Shown here piece by piece: positions 1 through 10,059 of a stretch of 64,000 bases of DNA. Under the pieces are notes generated by a model that made no database searches, was not told the origin of the DNA, and worked only from the letters and a program-made list of their open reading frames with translations. The translations under genes were made by a program, and so were the position numbers. Each line of letters opens with the position of its first letter. The first letter of the stretch is position 1. Source of the DNA: Longimicrobiales bacterium (GTDB taxonomy: Bacteria > Gemmatimonadota > Gemmatimonadetes > Longimicrobiales > Gaopeijiaceae); NCBI GenBank assembly GCA_963664435.2, contig CAXXKM010000003.1, positions 832,001-896,000 of the forward strand, given 5' to 3'.

Positions 1-128
1 AGCGCGCGCTCCAGCAACGTCAGCCCGGCCAGCCGCGCCCGCGCCTTGGGTTTGCCGTAGCGGCGGCTCCGCCCCCCCGCCAGCACCACCCCGAAGAGTC
101 GCGGGCGGGACCGATCCTCCCCGCTCAA
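1..128 (-). CDS. mobA: Molybdenum cofactor guanylyltransferase, N-terminal part (runs off window edge)
   Basis: Manual translation from TTG at 128: LSGEDRSRPRLFGVVLAGGRSRRYGKPKARARLAGLTLLERA. LAGGxSRRxGxxK is the NTP-transferase signature, and the gene lies directly downstream of fdhD. Start codon uncertain. Confidence 0.8.
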   Translation of the reverse strand, partial: MSGEDRSRPRLFGVVLAGGRSRRYGKPKARARLAGLTLLERA

Positions 129-217
129 TGCCCCGCCGGCGCGCGACTGACGCCCTTGACCAGCGGCCGCGCCCAAAGGTGCGCCACCGCCCGCGCGCTG
201 TCCGCGCCCACGGCGGC

Positions 218-1066
218 TCAGGTCCGCACCCGGGCGCGCCCCGCGTACACGTTGAAGCCGGTCGCGCGCGTGAACCCCACCAGGGTGACGTTGAAGCGGC
301 GCGCCAGGTCCACGGCGAGCGAGGACGGCGCGCCCACCGCCGCCACCACCGGCACGCCGGCCATGGTGGCCTTCTGCAGGAGCTCGAAGGAAGTCCGGCC
401 GCTCACCAGCACGATGCGGTCGGCCAGGGGCAGCCGTCCAGCCAGGAATTCGCGCCCGATCAGCTTGTCCAGCGCGTTGTGCCGCCCCACGTCCTCGCGC
501 AGCCCGAGAAGCCGCCCCTCCACGTCGAACAGCGCGCTCGCATGGATGCCCCCGGTCTTCTCGAAGACGGGCTGTGCGGCCCGCAGCGCATCCGGCAGTC
601 CCGTCAGCACCTCCGACGGCACCGTCAGGGTCCCGTCGGCGATGGGGTTGCATCCCTGCACCTCGATGGCGTCGAGCGACGCCTTCCCGCACACGCCGCA
701 GCTGGAGGTCATGTAGAAGTTGCGGTTCAGCAGGCCCGCATCGAAGGAGGCGGACGGCGTCAGGCGCACCTCGAGCAGGTTGTACTCCTGCTGCTCGTCG
801 CCCGAGCAGTAGCTGATGTCCTGGATGTCGCGCCGATCGGACAACAGCCCCTCGGCGAACAGGAATCCGGCCGCGAGCTCGAAATCGTCGCCGGGCGTGC
901 GCATCGTGACCGAAACGCTGCGCGTCCGCCACGCGTCCCCATCCGCAAAGCGCACACGGATCTCGAGGGGCTCCTCGACGGCCACGACGTCCTGTCGCGT
1001 GCTCCCGCTCCCGTCGCGCAGGCGGGTGACCCTGAGGCGCGTGATTCGGCGGCGCGGAATGATCAT
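218..1066 (-). CDS. fdhD: Formate dehydrogenase accessory sulfurtransferase FdhD
   Basis: VAVEEPLEIR, MRTPGDDFELAAGFL, SSCGVCGK, TGGIHA, EDVGRHNALDK and SGRTSFEL motifs. Confidence 0.95.
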   Translation of the reverse strand: MIIPRRRITRLRVTRLRDGSGSTRQDVVAVEEPLEIRVRFADGDAWRTRSVSVTMRTPGDDFELAAGFLFAEGLLSDRRDIQDISYCSGDEQQEYNLLEVRLTPSASFDAGLLNRNFYMTSSCGVCGKASLDAIEVQGCNPIADGTLTVPSEVLTGLPDALRAAQPVFEKTGGIHASALFDVEGRLLGLREDVGRHNALDKLIGREFLAGRLPLADRIVLVSGRTSFELLQKATMAGVPVVAAVGAPSSLAVDLARRFNVTLVGFTRATGFNVYAGRARVRT

Positions 1067-1210
1067 GAAGTAAGGTCAGCCGCGCCGCTGGGGATGGTCA
1101 AGGAAGGGGCCGATACATCCCGATGCCTCCGTACTTGCGGGACCCCCGAAAACCCGGGCAAGTTGACAGGTACAATCCGGACCTGCAGTCCCCGAGAAAG
1201 GAGCCTCATC

Positions 1211-2290
1211 ATGAAGAATCCGACCATATCCTGGCGCGCCTTCGCGCTTCCGGTGCTCATCCTCGCCGCGACGTCGGCGCTGGGCGGAGTGGTGCTGGCC
1301 GGTGTATCCAGCACCACCGACGAGGTCGCGAGCGCCGCCTCCAGCTTCGTCGCCACCCTCGACGCCGAGAGCCGCGACCGCGCCATGTTCCCGCTCGGCG
1401 ACGCGGAGCAGTTCAACTGGCACTTCGTCCCGAGAGAGCGTAACGGGCTTCCGCTGAAGGCGATGACGCTCGCACAGCGCACGGCCGCCCATCAACTGCT
1501 GAAGTCGGCGCTGAGTTCCCAGGGGTATCTCAAGGCCAACGGCATCATCGAACTCGAGCGCGTTCTCGGGATCATGGAGGGACGCGAGGAGCGACGCGAT
1601 CCGGAGGACTACTACTTCGCCATCTTCGGATCACCAGCCGCGGACGGCGCGTGGGCCTGGCGCTTCGAGGGGCACCATATCTCGATGAGTTTTTCGTCCG
1701 CGGGGGATGACAACCTCATCACGGGTCCCGCATTCATGGGAAGCAACCCGCACATCGTGCCCTCGGGCCCCAAGGCCGGGTTGCGCGTGCTGGCCTCCGA
1801 GGAAGATCTGGCCCGCGAGCTGGTGACGATGCTCTCATCGAGCCAGCGCGGATCCGCGGTCATCGCCAGCGAGGCCTACGACGACATCATCACCGGCGCC
1901 GAGCGCACCGTGGATCTTGCGTACGAGGGGATCCGGGCCTCGGCGCTGGACGAGGCCCAGCGGGGCCAGCTCGACCGGCTTATCGGCGAGTACGTGCACA
2001 ACATGGACGATGAATCCGCGAGCCGCTGGATGGAGCGCATCGCGGCCGGATCCGACGACGAGCTCTACTTCGCGTGGGCGGGCCCGACCGAGGCGGGCGA
2101 AGGCCACTACTACCGCGTCCACTCGCCCGAATTCCTCATCGAGTACGACAACACCCAGAACGACGCCAACCACGTGCACTCGGTGTGGCGCGATCTGCGG
2201 GACGACTTCGGCGGAGACGTGCTGCGGGCGCACTATGAAGAGGCGCCGCACCACAATCACGAAGCGCCGCACGATCATCCGCACCGGTAA
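1211..2290 (+). CDS. Exported DUF3500-family protein with His-rich tail
   Basis: ATG at 1211 after AAGGAG; signal peptide; WHFVPRERNGL, WRFEGHHIS, YYRVHSPEFLIEYDNTQNDANHVHSVWRD and DFG motifs typical of DUF3500. The upstream part of the 720-aa ORF is antisense to fdhD. Confidence 0.85.
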   Translation: MKNPTISWRAFALPVLILAATSALGGVVLAGVSSTTDEVASAASSFVATLDAESRDRAMFPLGDAEQFNWHFVPRERNGLPLKAMTLAQRTAAHQLLKSALSSQGYLKANGIIELERVLGIMEGREERRDPEDYYFAIFGSPAADGAWAWRFEGHHISMSFSSAGDDNLITGPAFMGSNPHIVPSGPKAGLRVLASEEDLARELVTMLSSSQRGSAVIASEAYDDIITGAERTVDLAYEGIRASALDEAQRGQLDRLIGEYVHNMDDESASRWMERIAAGSDDELYFAWAGPTEAGEGHYYRVHSPEFLIEYDNTQNDANHVHSVWRDLRDDFGGDVLRAHYEEAPHHNHEAPHDHPHR

Positions 2291-2357
2291 CGGAACCGGA
2301 TCTCGACCGCACACAGACGGAAAACCGCGCGGCGGGCACAGCCTGCGCCGTCAACAA

Positions 2358-2405
2358 CAGACCCACTACCGGTAGGGGGGTAGCCTGCTGCCGGTAGTGG
2401 GTTTG
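2358..2405. terminator. Hairpin between convergent genes (probable bidirectional terminator)
   Basis: ACCCACTACCGG (2361-2372) / CCGGTAGTGGGT (2391-2402) is a perfect 12-bp inverted repeat, extendable with G-U pairs on the + strand. Confidence 0.6.
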
Positions 2406-2406
2406 C

Positions 2407-3960
2407 TCACTCCCCTCCCGGCGGCGGCACCTCCACGGCGGCGAAGTCCGGCAGGTCCTCCGGCCCGCGGGGACCGATCCGGCCCTTCGAGGACTCGAGC
2501 AGCTCGGCCGGGTCGTAGGCCACCCCGTCCTTGAACACCATGCGCACGTTGCGGGTGTTGCGGATGTCCTCCAGCGGGTCTCCTTCCAGGATGACCAGGT
2601 CGGCGATCTTGCCCGCTTCGATGGTGCCCAGGTCGTCCTCCAGGCGCAGGGCCGTGGCCGCGTTGATGGTCGCGAACCGTAGCACTGCCGCCTCCGGGAT
2701 CCCGGATTTCACGAACAGCGCCAGCTCCCGGTGCACCGAGAAGGGGGAGAAGAACTCGCCCGTGGAGGGGTGGTCGGTTCCCATCGTGATCAGGTGCCCG
2801 CCCCCCATGTCATAGAAGCGCTTGACGAGCTGCTGCTTGACATTGTAGATGCGCTCGAACTGCTCGCTCACCCGCCTGGGCTCCGCGGCGAGGCGCTCTT
2901 CAATGAGTTCGCGGGCATACGGGGTCAGGTAGCTCATCTCGTCGGCGAAGGGCTCGAAGATGTCGGGATCGCGCCCGCCCGAGTATCCGTACGCGCTCAT
3001 GGTGGCATCGTAGTTGACGCCCGCGTCCAGGTAGAGCTGGACGATGCGCTCGAACTCGGGCATGTCGGGCGTCATCTCCTCGAACGAGTCGTAGGCGGAG
3101 CGCTCCGCCGGCATCGCGTCACCGCCCATGAAGTGCTCGATGCGGTCGATCCCCATGTGGATGGCGTCGCGCGGGTTGACCGAGCCCCGGAAGCCGGAGC
3201 CCAGGTGGCCGGTCACGCTGAGGCCGTGGTGATGGGCCCGCTCGATCAGCGCCTCGAGATGCGGGGCCGTGATGGTCTTGGCCTTGAGGCCCGCCACCCC
3301 CTCCTCGACCAGGGCGTCCACCTGGCGATGGATGTCCTCGGTGGTGAAATCGGGGTCCCATCCCACCCGCGCCGTGCCGAAGTAGGGTCCGGATCGGAGG
3401 AGCCGGGCGCCCACCTGCTCGCCCGAACGCAGGCGCTCCTGCAAGGCGCGCATCTTTTGCGGGCTGGCCTCCCCGTTCGGGAAGGTGCTGGTCACCCCGT
3501 TGGCCAGGAAGAGCGCGGGGTAGACGGTCGTCTCGTCGACGCGGCCCTCTCCCAGCAAATCGAGGTGGAAGTGGGCGTGCAGGTCGAGCAGGCCGGGGAG
3601 GATGACCTCCCCCTCCCCGACCTCCACCACGGTGGCCCCGGCCGCGACCGCCTCTGACGCAGCCACGGCGTCCACGGCCCCGAAGCGCCCCTCCGCCATC
3701 ACGATCCCCGGGTTGGGCACCACGTCGTCCCCGGTCCCGTCGAACAGGCCGCCCCCCCAGACGACCGTCACACCCGAAGATGCGGGCGCCCCCGCTTCGT
3801 CCGCCGGCGAGCATGCCGCGAAGACGAGAACGGCGAGGGCCGCGAGCGCGCGACCCGCGGCGACCCTGAAGCGCGCCGGGGCTGGACAGCACTGGGATCG
3901 GCTGGCGCGCGTGCGTCTCGCGCGGCCTGCTGTGATGCGACGGGCCCTGAACTCGATCAT
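2407..3960 (-). CDS. Amidohydrolase family lipoprotein
   Basis: ILPGLLDLHAH, GVTST, TGHL, IEH, MGTDHP, ATINAA and GTIEAGKIADLVIL motifs; lipobox VFAAC; AGGAG RBS; third gene of the SusC1-SusD1 operon. Confidence 0.9.
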   Translation of the reverse strand: MIEFRARRITAGRARRTRASRSQCCPAPARFRVAAGRALAALAVLVFAACSPADEAGAPASSGVTVVWGGGLFDGTGDDVVPNPGIVMAEGRFGAVDAVAASEAVAAGATVVEVGEGEVILPGLLDLHAHFHLDLLGEGRVDETTVYPALFLANGVTSTFPNGEASPQKMRALQERLRSGEQVGARLLRSGPYFGTARVGWDPDFTTEDIHRQVDALVEEGVAGLKAKTITAPHLEALIERAHHHGLSVTGHLGSGFRGSVNPRDAIHMGIDRIEHFMGGDAMPAERSAYDSFEEMTPDMPEFERIVQLYLDAGVNYDATMSAYGYSGGRDPDIFEPFADEMSYLTPYARELIEERLAAEPRRVSEQFERIYNVKQQLVKRFYDMGGGHLITMGTDHPSTGEFFSPFSVHRELALFVKSGIPEAAVLRFATINAATALRLEDDLGTIEAGKIADLVILEGDPLEDIRNTRNVRMVFKDGVAYDPAELLESSKGRIGPRGPEDLPDFAAVEVPPPGGE

Positions 3961-3988
3961 GATGCGTGCTCCTGAAGACTGTTTCGAC

Positions 3989-5326
3989 CTAGCCCGAGAT
4001 GTTGACGTTGTTGTTCACCTCGATGTCGGGCAGCGGCATGCAGCTGTAGGGCTGGAAGCTGTTGCCCTTGTGGTTCACTCCCTGCGGGAACTGGATGTTG
4101 TGGCGGATCATGTCGCTGTGCCAGTGGCCCTCGAGGAAGAAGGTGCGCTTCCGCTCCTCCAGAATGGTCCCCAGCATGTCGTCGACCTCGCTCATCTGCA
4201 GATGTGGAATCCCGTAGACGTCGCGCACCCGGTTGAGCGCGTCGAGTGCGGCCTGCCCCATGCGCGCCTCGGCGATGATGAACTGCGCCTCGCGCCATGA
4301 TGCGATGGGGATGGGATGGTCGCGCGCCGTGTACTTGAGCTGGTCCCATTGGTCGGTTTCGCCGTCCTGGCCCTTGCGCCCGGTGTTCACCACCGGCACG
4401 CGCGGATCGGGCATACCCGCGACCTCCAGGTTGCGCCAGGCGACGCCCACCGACAGGTAGTCGGTTTCGGTGCGGTTGTAGGTCGAGTTCTCGCGCCGAA
4501 TCTGCGCGGTGGAGTACTCGGCGTTGCGCACGAACCCCTCGGGGACCTGCTCCGCGTCCGCGGCGGCTTCCGACAGATTCCCCAGATCCAGGTTTACGCG
4601 CGCCCGCCCCACCCGGGCCATGTTGACGATCGAGGGATCCGAGGCCTGGCTGATCGCGGTGGTGAAACGCTCCGCGGCGAGCGCCAGCACCTCGCGCGGC
4701 TGCATGAGCGGTCCATTGTCGAGCGCCATCTCGCAGTAGTTCTCGCCCAGGTGCACCAGGCTGTAGCCCGCGTACGCGTTCAGCGTGCCCAGCACGTTGG
4801 ACTTGTCGGAAACGTCCGCGTCGCTGAATTCGGTGATGCGGCGCACGGCGTCCTCCGCCAGGAAGCGCGCCCGCTGGAAGGGCGTGTAGTAGCCGTAGTT
4901 GGTGGCCGCCCGGGAGGTCGAGCAGGCGCCCGAGGTGGCCCGGATTTCGGTCTCCCCGCGCCAGCCCCAGACGTTGGAGCTCAGGAAGAAGTTGGAGGCG
5001 ATGAACTCGCCCGTGAGAAAGGCGTTGGTGGGGACCAGGGTGTTGAGGGCGCACTCGAACTCGCCCAGGGCGCTGACCATCATGGTGCCGGCCAGTGCGG
5101 GATCGTCGAGCGCCGCGTCCTCGACCTGCCCGGGGATCTCCACCTCCAGAAGGGACTCACAGGCAACCGTTCCCGCGAGCAGAATGCCGCTCAGGATCGC
5201 GATCGCGCGGGAACCCCTTCCCTGCCGGCGAGCCCGGCGCCGTCGTCCGACGTATTCGCTGTACCGTCTCATTTGCCTCACCTCGTGCCCCTGCGGATTG
5301 GATTCGCTGCTTCGAAGGTCGATCAT
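3989..5326 (-). CDS. RagB/SusD-like outer-membrane lipoprotein (SusD1)
   Basis: Lipobox TVAC; TPR-like ARVGRARVNLDLG; PIASWREAQFIIAEA, ALNRVR, EERKRTFFLEGH and PLPDIE motifs; strong GGAGGT RBS; immediately downstream of a SusC-like gene. Confidence 0.85.
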   Translation of the reverse strand: MIDLRSSESNPQGHEVRQMRRYSEYVGRRRRARRQGRGSRAIAILSGILLAGTVACESLLEVEIPGQVEDAALDDPALAGTMMVSALGEFECALNTLVPTNAFLTGEFIASNFFLSSNVWGWRGETEIRATSGACSTSRAATNYGYYTPFQRARFLAEDAVRRITEFSDADVSDKSNVLGTLNAYAGYSLVHLGENYCEMALDNGPLMQPREVLALAAERFTTAISQASDPSIVNMARVGRARVNLDLGNLSEAAADAEQVPEGFVRNAEYSTAQIRRENSTYNRTETDYLSVGVAWRNLEVAGMPDPRVPVVNTGRKGQDGETDQWDQLKYTARDHPIPIASWREAQFIIAEARMGQAALDALNRVRDVYGIPHLQMSEVDDMLGTILEERKRTFFLEGHWHSDMIRHNIQFPQGVNHKGNSFQPYSCMPLPDIEVNNNVNISG

Positions 5327-5339
5327 CGTTCCACCTCCC

Positions 5340-8300
5340 TCAGAAGCTCAGGCGCACGTTCGCCGTGAAGCTGGCGAACGGCGGCATGACGGTCTGCTGA
5401 TCCGCGCGGATGTTGCCGGTGCTGCGGAGCTCCGCATCCCAGGACCATCTTCCCCCGAATCCCGCCGGAGGCATCACCCGGCCGTCGCGCCAGGTGCCCC
5501 ATCCGTGGGCCTTGGTCCAGAGCATCGCCATGTTGCGCGCGGACACGCTGATGACACCGCGGGAAGCTCCTATGTGGGTGAGCAGATCCCCGGGGATGGT
5601 GTGGCTCGCCCCGACCTCGCGAAGGCGCAGATATCCGCCCTCGTGGAAGCCCATGGTGTTGTTCTCGTACTGGCGCCTCGCCTGCACCTCGGGAATGCAG
5701 CGGCAGATCACGGCCTCGGTTACGCCGATGTTGTGCGCCGCCCGGAGCTCCGAATTGAAGTTCCAGTGGCCTCCGTTGCCTTCGACACGCGCGTAGAGAC
5801 GCAGGTTGTTGATGCTGATGGTGTTGGTGATGCCGACCTGCCAGGTGGGCGTCGACGGGGCCCAGTGCACGTCGGGCGCGCCGCCACAGTCCACCCCCGC
5901 GCCGCCCGAGTCGATGCCTCCGACGCCGGTTCCGCCGTCGCACATCGCCGAAGTCACGAAGCCGCCGGCGTCGATCTGCGCGGAGAGCACCCGCTTGGCG
6001 AAGAAGGCGCCGATGGAGTAGCCCTCGTAGTGGGACTGCTGGCCGCCGGCCGGCACGAAGGAGAGCCCGCCGAGATCCTGGATCTCGTTGTTCATGGTGG
6101 CGAACTGGCCGCTGATGTCCCAGTTGAAGACCGAGGATTCGACGGCTCTGAAGTCGATGCCGAGCTCGTTCCCCCAGGCCTTCACCTCGGCCAGGTTCAC
6201 GATCTGGCTCCCGGAGAAGCCGGTAGAGGTGGGGACCGGGCGCTGGACGATGGCGTCCTTGATGGTGCGGTCGTAGCGGCTGAAGATGAGTTCCAGCCGT
6301 CCGCCCAGCAGGCTCAGGTCGAAGCCGTATTCCAGCTCCTCGCCGCGCTCCGGCTTTAGCTGCGGGTTGCCGAAAGAGCCGGGGAGAAGGCCGGGCTGGT
6401 CGCCGAAGCCGACGCCCGGGACGTAGAGGCGCGCCGCGTCGAAGGTGCCGGGCTGCTGTCCGGCGGCACCCCAGGCCGAGCGCAGCCGCAGCTGTTCGAT
6501 CCACCCCACGTCGAAGAAATCCTCCTCGCTCACGACCCAGGTGGCGCTGAACTTGGGGTAGACGGCGGCGTCGAAGTCGGCCCCGAAGGCGCTGTTGTCG
6601 TCGCCGCGCACGGCCGCCGTCAGGAAGACGCGGTTGTTCCAGTCCAGCTGCTGCTGGAGGTAGGCGCCCAGCGTGATGTTCTCGGTGAAGTTCTCGCCGC
6701 TGTCACGGTCGGCGCCGCCGCTCACGGTCGTGATGGGCACGGCCGGGAACTCCGATCCCTCGGCCTCGATGATCGAGGTCTGGCGCTGGTAGTACTGCAC
6801 TCCCACCGAACTGGTCAGCCGCACCCCGGGGGCCACGTCAAGAAACGCCGATCCGCTGTAGTCCAGGGTGGTGAATCGGTTCGTGATGCGTGCCACGTCC
6901 TTTACGCCAAGACCGCGTCGTCCCCAGAAGTGGGAACGGCCCTCGGGCTGGCGCGGGATGAGCACCCAGTCGACGGCCTCGCCCCGGTCCATCCCGACGG
7001 AGAGGCGGTGCGTGGTCCAGTCCGCCGGATTGTAGCCCAGCTCCAGGCTGGTGGTGATGCGGTCGTTGTCGGCCCGGGTGGTGTGCTTCGACCACTCCTC
7101 GGGCGGCGCCACCATGAAGCCGCGCTGGGGCGTTTCGATGGTGCTCGGGAAGCCCCAGATGATGCCGCTGAAGGGCTCCGCGCCGAAGCCGCCGCGGTTC
7201 TGGGCGAGCCGGACGCGGTTCTGCATGTAGCCGGTGCTGGTCTTGAGCGACACATCGTCGGAAAGCACCAGATCCAGGTTGACCCGGGCGTTGAGACGGG
7301 TGGCGTAGTCGTAGCCGACGATGCCCTCGTCGTCGTCCCAGGAGAGCGACGTGTAGTAGCGCACGTCCTCGGTGCCTCCCCTCAGGCCGAGGTTATAGCC
7401 CTGCTGGAGGCCGGTGCGGAAGATGGGCGGCCGCCCCGCGTCGATCTCCTGCTGGACCAGGTTGAAGCCCTCGAGCTGCCCCGTGCCGGCGTTTCGGCGC
7501 CACTGGAGACCATTGGCGCACGCCAGGGCATCCAGCGATGCCGGGTTGTTGTAGCAGGAGTTCGGATCCCCGCCCGCGCGCGCCGCCGGGTTCTGGAGCC
7601 AGTTGGCCCCGCTGCGCACGCTGATGTCGAACTGCGGGGCGCCCACCGCTCCGCGCTTGGTGATGATCTGGATCACGCCGTTGGAGGCTTCGGTTCCGTA
7701 GAGGGTAGCTGCGGACGGCCCCTTGATGATCTCGATGCTCTCGATGTCCTCGGCGCTCAGGTCGTTGAGGCGGCTCACCCGGGCTCCGCCGCGCACGCCG
7801 GGCCCGCCGCGCGGGTTCGAGTCCATGCGGATGCCGTCGATGTAGACGATGGGATCGTTGCCGAGCGACATGCTGGTGGTGCCGCGGATGCGGATGGGCG
7901 ACCCGGTGCCGACCTGGCCCGCGGACGGCAGCATGATCATTCCGGCGGTGCGCTGGGCCAGGAGGGTCTGGACGTTGGTGACCGGGGCGACCTCGAGGAT
8001 GGCGGCCGCGTCCACCGTCTCCACCACGTTGCCGATCGCCCGTCGCTGCGTGCCTCCCGCCGTGCCGGTGACCACGATCTCGTCGAGCGCGAGCGCCTCC
8101 TCGCGCAGGGCAACGTCGATCTCGGTCGCCTGGTCGGCGGTGATGGTGACGGTGCGGGTTTCGGTGCCGTAGCCGAGGCTTTCGAAGGTGACCTCGTGGC
8201 TTCCGGCCGGGACGCTCAGGATGTAGCGCCCGTTCTGGCTGGTGGCGGTGCCCAGGTCGAGACCCGAAACGTAGACCTGGACTCCGGCAAGGGGTTGGAG

Positions 8301-8432
8301 GGTTGCGGCGTTGACTACCTGGCCGACGAGGTTGCCCGTTTGGGCGGCGGCGGGCGTGCCGGAGGCAAAGACCACAGCCAGTGCTCCGGCCAGGCAGGCA
8401 AGCGCCCGTGCGGACGGACGAAACTTACCCAT
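5340..8432 (-). CDS. SusC/RagA-like TonB-dependent receptor (SusC1)
   Basis: Start MGKFRPS at 8432 after GAGGAG; carboxypeptidase-regulatory-like N-domain, LDEIVVTG TonB box, plug DPIVYIDG...DIESIEIIKGPSAATLYGTEASNGVIQIITKRG, GNPQLKPE, C-terminal Phe. Confidence 0.92.
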   Translation of the reverse strand: MGKFRPSARALACLAGALAVVFASGTPAAAQTGNLVGQVVNAATLQPLAGVQVYVSGLDLGTATSQNGRYILSVPAGSHEVTFESLGYGTETRTVTITADQATEIDVALREEALALDEIVVTGTAGGTQRRAIGNVVETVDAAAILEVAPVTNVQTLLAQRTAGMIMLPSAGQVGTGSPIRIRGTTSMSLGNDPIVYIDGIRMDSNPRGGPGVRGGARVSRLNDLSAEDIESIEIIKGPSAATLYGTEASNGVIQIITKRGAVGAPQFDISVRSGANWLQNPAARAGGDPNSCYNNPASLDALACANGLQWRRNAGTGQLEGFNLVQQEIDAGRPPIFRTGLQQGYNLGLRGGTEDVRYYTSLSWDDDEGIVGYDYATRLNARVNLDLVLSDDVSLKTSTGYMQNRVRLAQNRGGFGAEPFSGIIWGFPSTIETPQRGFMVAPPEEWSKHTTRADNDRITTSLELGYNPADWTTHRLSVGMDRGEAVDWVLIPRQPEGRSHFWGRRGLGVKDVARITNRFTTLDYSGSAFLDVAPGVRLTSSVGVQYYQRQTSIIEAEGSEFPAVPITTVSGGADRDSGENFTENITLGAYLQQQLDWNNRVFLTAAVRGDDNSAFGADFDAAVYPKFSATWVVSEEDFFDVGWIEQLRLRSAWGAAGQQPGTFDAARLYVPGVGFGDQPGLLPGSFGNPQLKPERGEELEYGFDLSLLGGRLELIFSRYDRTIKDAIVQRPVPTSTGFSGSQIVNLAEVKAWGNELGIDFRAVESSVFNWDISGQFATMNNEIQDLGGLSFVPAGGQQSHYEGYSIGAFFAKRVLSAQIDAGGFVTSAMCDGGTGVGGIDSGGAGVDCGGAPDVHWAPSTPTWQVGITNTISINNLRLYARVEGNGGHWNFNSELRAAHNIGVTEAVICRCIPEVQARRQYENNTMGFHEGGYLRLREVGASHTIPGDLLTHIGASRGVISVSARNMAMLWTKAHGWGTWRDGRVMPPAGFGGRWSWDAELRSTGNIRADQQTVMPPFASFTANVRLSF

Positions 8433-8785
8433 GCGTACTCCTCTGGAGGCGGGTGCTGCTGGATGAACCGCCGGGAGGTGGACCCGTCGGTGAGACGGAT
8501 CGCGGGGAACAGCTGCCGGGCGGGGGTACATGAGAAAACCTGCGTGCCTCCACCATGATTCTACGATCCGGGTCAGCCGGCGGCCAGCAGGCCCCCTGCA
8601 GCCGGGCGGATGCGGTGTTCGGGATCCGCTCGATCGAGTGGTCCGTGCCGAGTGCTCCGGGCAGGGGCGGGCGGACCGCGGCGCCGGGCGTGTTCCAATT
8701 GGACATGACCGCCGCAGGTAGTCAGAATCAGAGAGGTGGCCGTGGTTGATTGCCGCCCTGAAAACGCCGACCCGGGAGGTGGCCG

Positions 8786-9592
8786 GTGGCTGCAGCAGCG
8801 GGACGCAGACTCGGCAGAGTCCGGGGCGCGGCAGCGCTGGCGGGGCTTCTGGCCGTGGCCTGCGCGCCGGGGGACACGCCTGGGGGCGAACAGGACCTGG
8901 ACGAGCCCACCAGCGTTCCGGCCGACATCCCTGCTGGTCCCGGAGAAGCACTCGCCACCGGCGATGAACCCCGTGCCGCGGGCAACGCCTCCCCCCGCGA
9001 GATCCTCCTCGACCCGACGCTGCCGGTGTGGAGCGAAACCGCCCCCGACACCTTCCGCGCCCGCTTCGAGACCAGCGCGGGCGACTTCGCCATCGAGGTG
9101 GTGCGGGCCTGGGCGCCCGTTGGGGCGGACCGGTTCTACAACCTGGTCCGCCACGGCTACTACGATGACGCGCGCTTCCACCGCACCGTGCCGGACTTCA
9201 TCGTGCAGTGGGGGCTGGCCGGCGACCCCGAGATCACGGCCGCCTGGATCGGCGAGACGATCCCTGACGACGAAGCGGTGGTCGCCAGCAACGTGCGCGG
9301 CACCATCGCCTTCGCCTTCACCGAGCCGCACACCCGCGCCACACAGGTGTACATCAACCTTGTGGACAACAGCCGCCTGGACGCACAGGGCTTCCCGCCC
9401 TTCGGCCGGGTGGTGGAGGGGATGGAGATTGTGGACCGCATCTACACGGGGTACGGCGAGAACTCCGGGGGCGGGCTGCGGCGCGGTGACCAGAGCGCGA
9501 TCGTGGCGGGTGGCAATGACTATCTCGACCGCGAGTTTCCGATGCTCGACCGCCTGACGAAAGCCACGGTCGAGCCCGGAGGAGGACACTAG
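8786..9592 (+). CDS. Cyclophilin-type peptidyl-prolyl cis-trans isomerase, lipoprotein
   Basis: FETSAGDF, YYDDARFHRTVPDFIVQWG, NVRGTIAFA, TQVYINLVDN and FGRVVEGM motifs; lipobox AVAC. Confidence 0.9.
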   Translation: MAAAAGRRLGRVRGAAALAGLLAVACAPGDTPGGEQDLDEPTSVPADIPAGPGEALATGDEPRAAGNASPREILLDPTLPVWSETAPDTFRARFETSAGDFAIEVVRAWAPVGADRFYNLVRHGYYDDARFHRTVPDFIVQWGLAGDPEITAAWIGETIPDDEAVVASNVRGTIAFAFTEPHTRATQVYINLVDNSRLDAQGFPPFGRVVEGMEIVDRIYTGYGENSGGGLRRGDQSAIVAGGNDYLDREFPMLDRLTKATVEPGGGH

Positions 9593-9594
9593 CA

Positions 9595-10059
9595 GTGCGA
9601 CCCCTACAGGCAGGAGCGGCACTCGTCGCGCGGGCCATGGCCGCAGGCAACGTGAAGAGAATCCGGTACTGGTGGCGCCACGTTCCATTGATCCTGGTGG
9701 CGCTCACTTCCGCGTGCGTCGTCGGCAACGTGGGACCGTCCCGCGGTGGACGCTCGCAGGGCGACATCCAGCGCCCCGAACTGGATCAGGTCCTCTCCGA
9801 GAGCGCCTACGAAGCCGTCGAGCAGCTCCGGCCCTCCTGGCTCTTCTACCGGCGCACGCCCACCCTGGTGAACGCGAATCCGGAGCCGGCCGTATACATC
9901 GACCAGGCGAAGCTCCTGTCGCTGGACGATCTGCGCACCATTCCCGTGCAGGACGTCGAACTCATCCGGTTCCTTTCCGCCCGGGACGCGACCACGGTGT
10001 ACGGCACCGGCCACATGTGGGGTGCGATCGTGGTGGTCAGCCGGCGGCCGGGCCGCTAG
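9595..10059 (+). CDS. Small lipoprotein consisting of a stand-alone TonB-receptor plug-like domain (plug A)
   Basis: Lipobox LTSAC; PAVYID...LRTIPVQDVELIRFLSARDATTVYGTGHMWGAIVVVSRR aligns by eye with the SusC plug motif. Start uncertain. Confidence 0.75.
   Translation: MRPLQAGAALVARAMAAGNVKRIRYWWRHVPLILVALTSACVVGNVGPSRGGRSQGDIQRPELDQVLSESAYEAVEQLRPSWLFYRRTPTLVNANPEPAVYIDQAKLLSLDDLRTIPVQDVELIRFLSARDATTVYGTGHMWGAIVVVSRRPGR

Noticed and set aside
125..211. 28-codon GTG mini-ORF between fdhD and mobA overlapping the mobA TTG
   Set aside because: No RBS, no recognisable motif; easily arises by chance.
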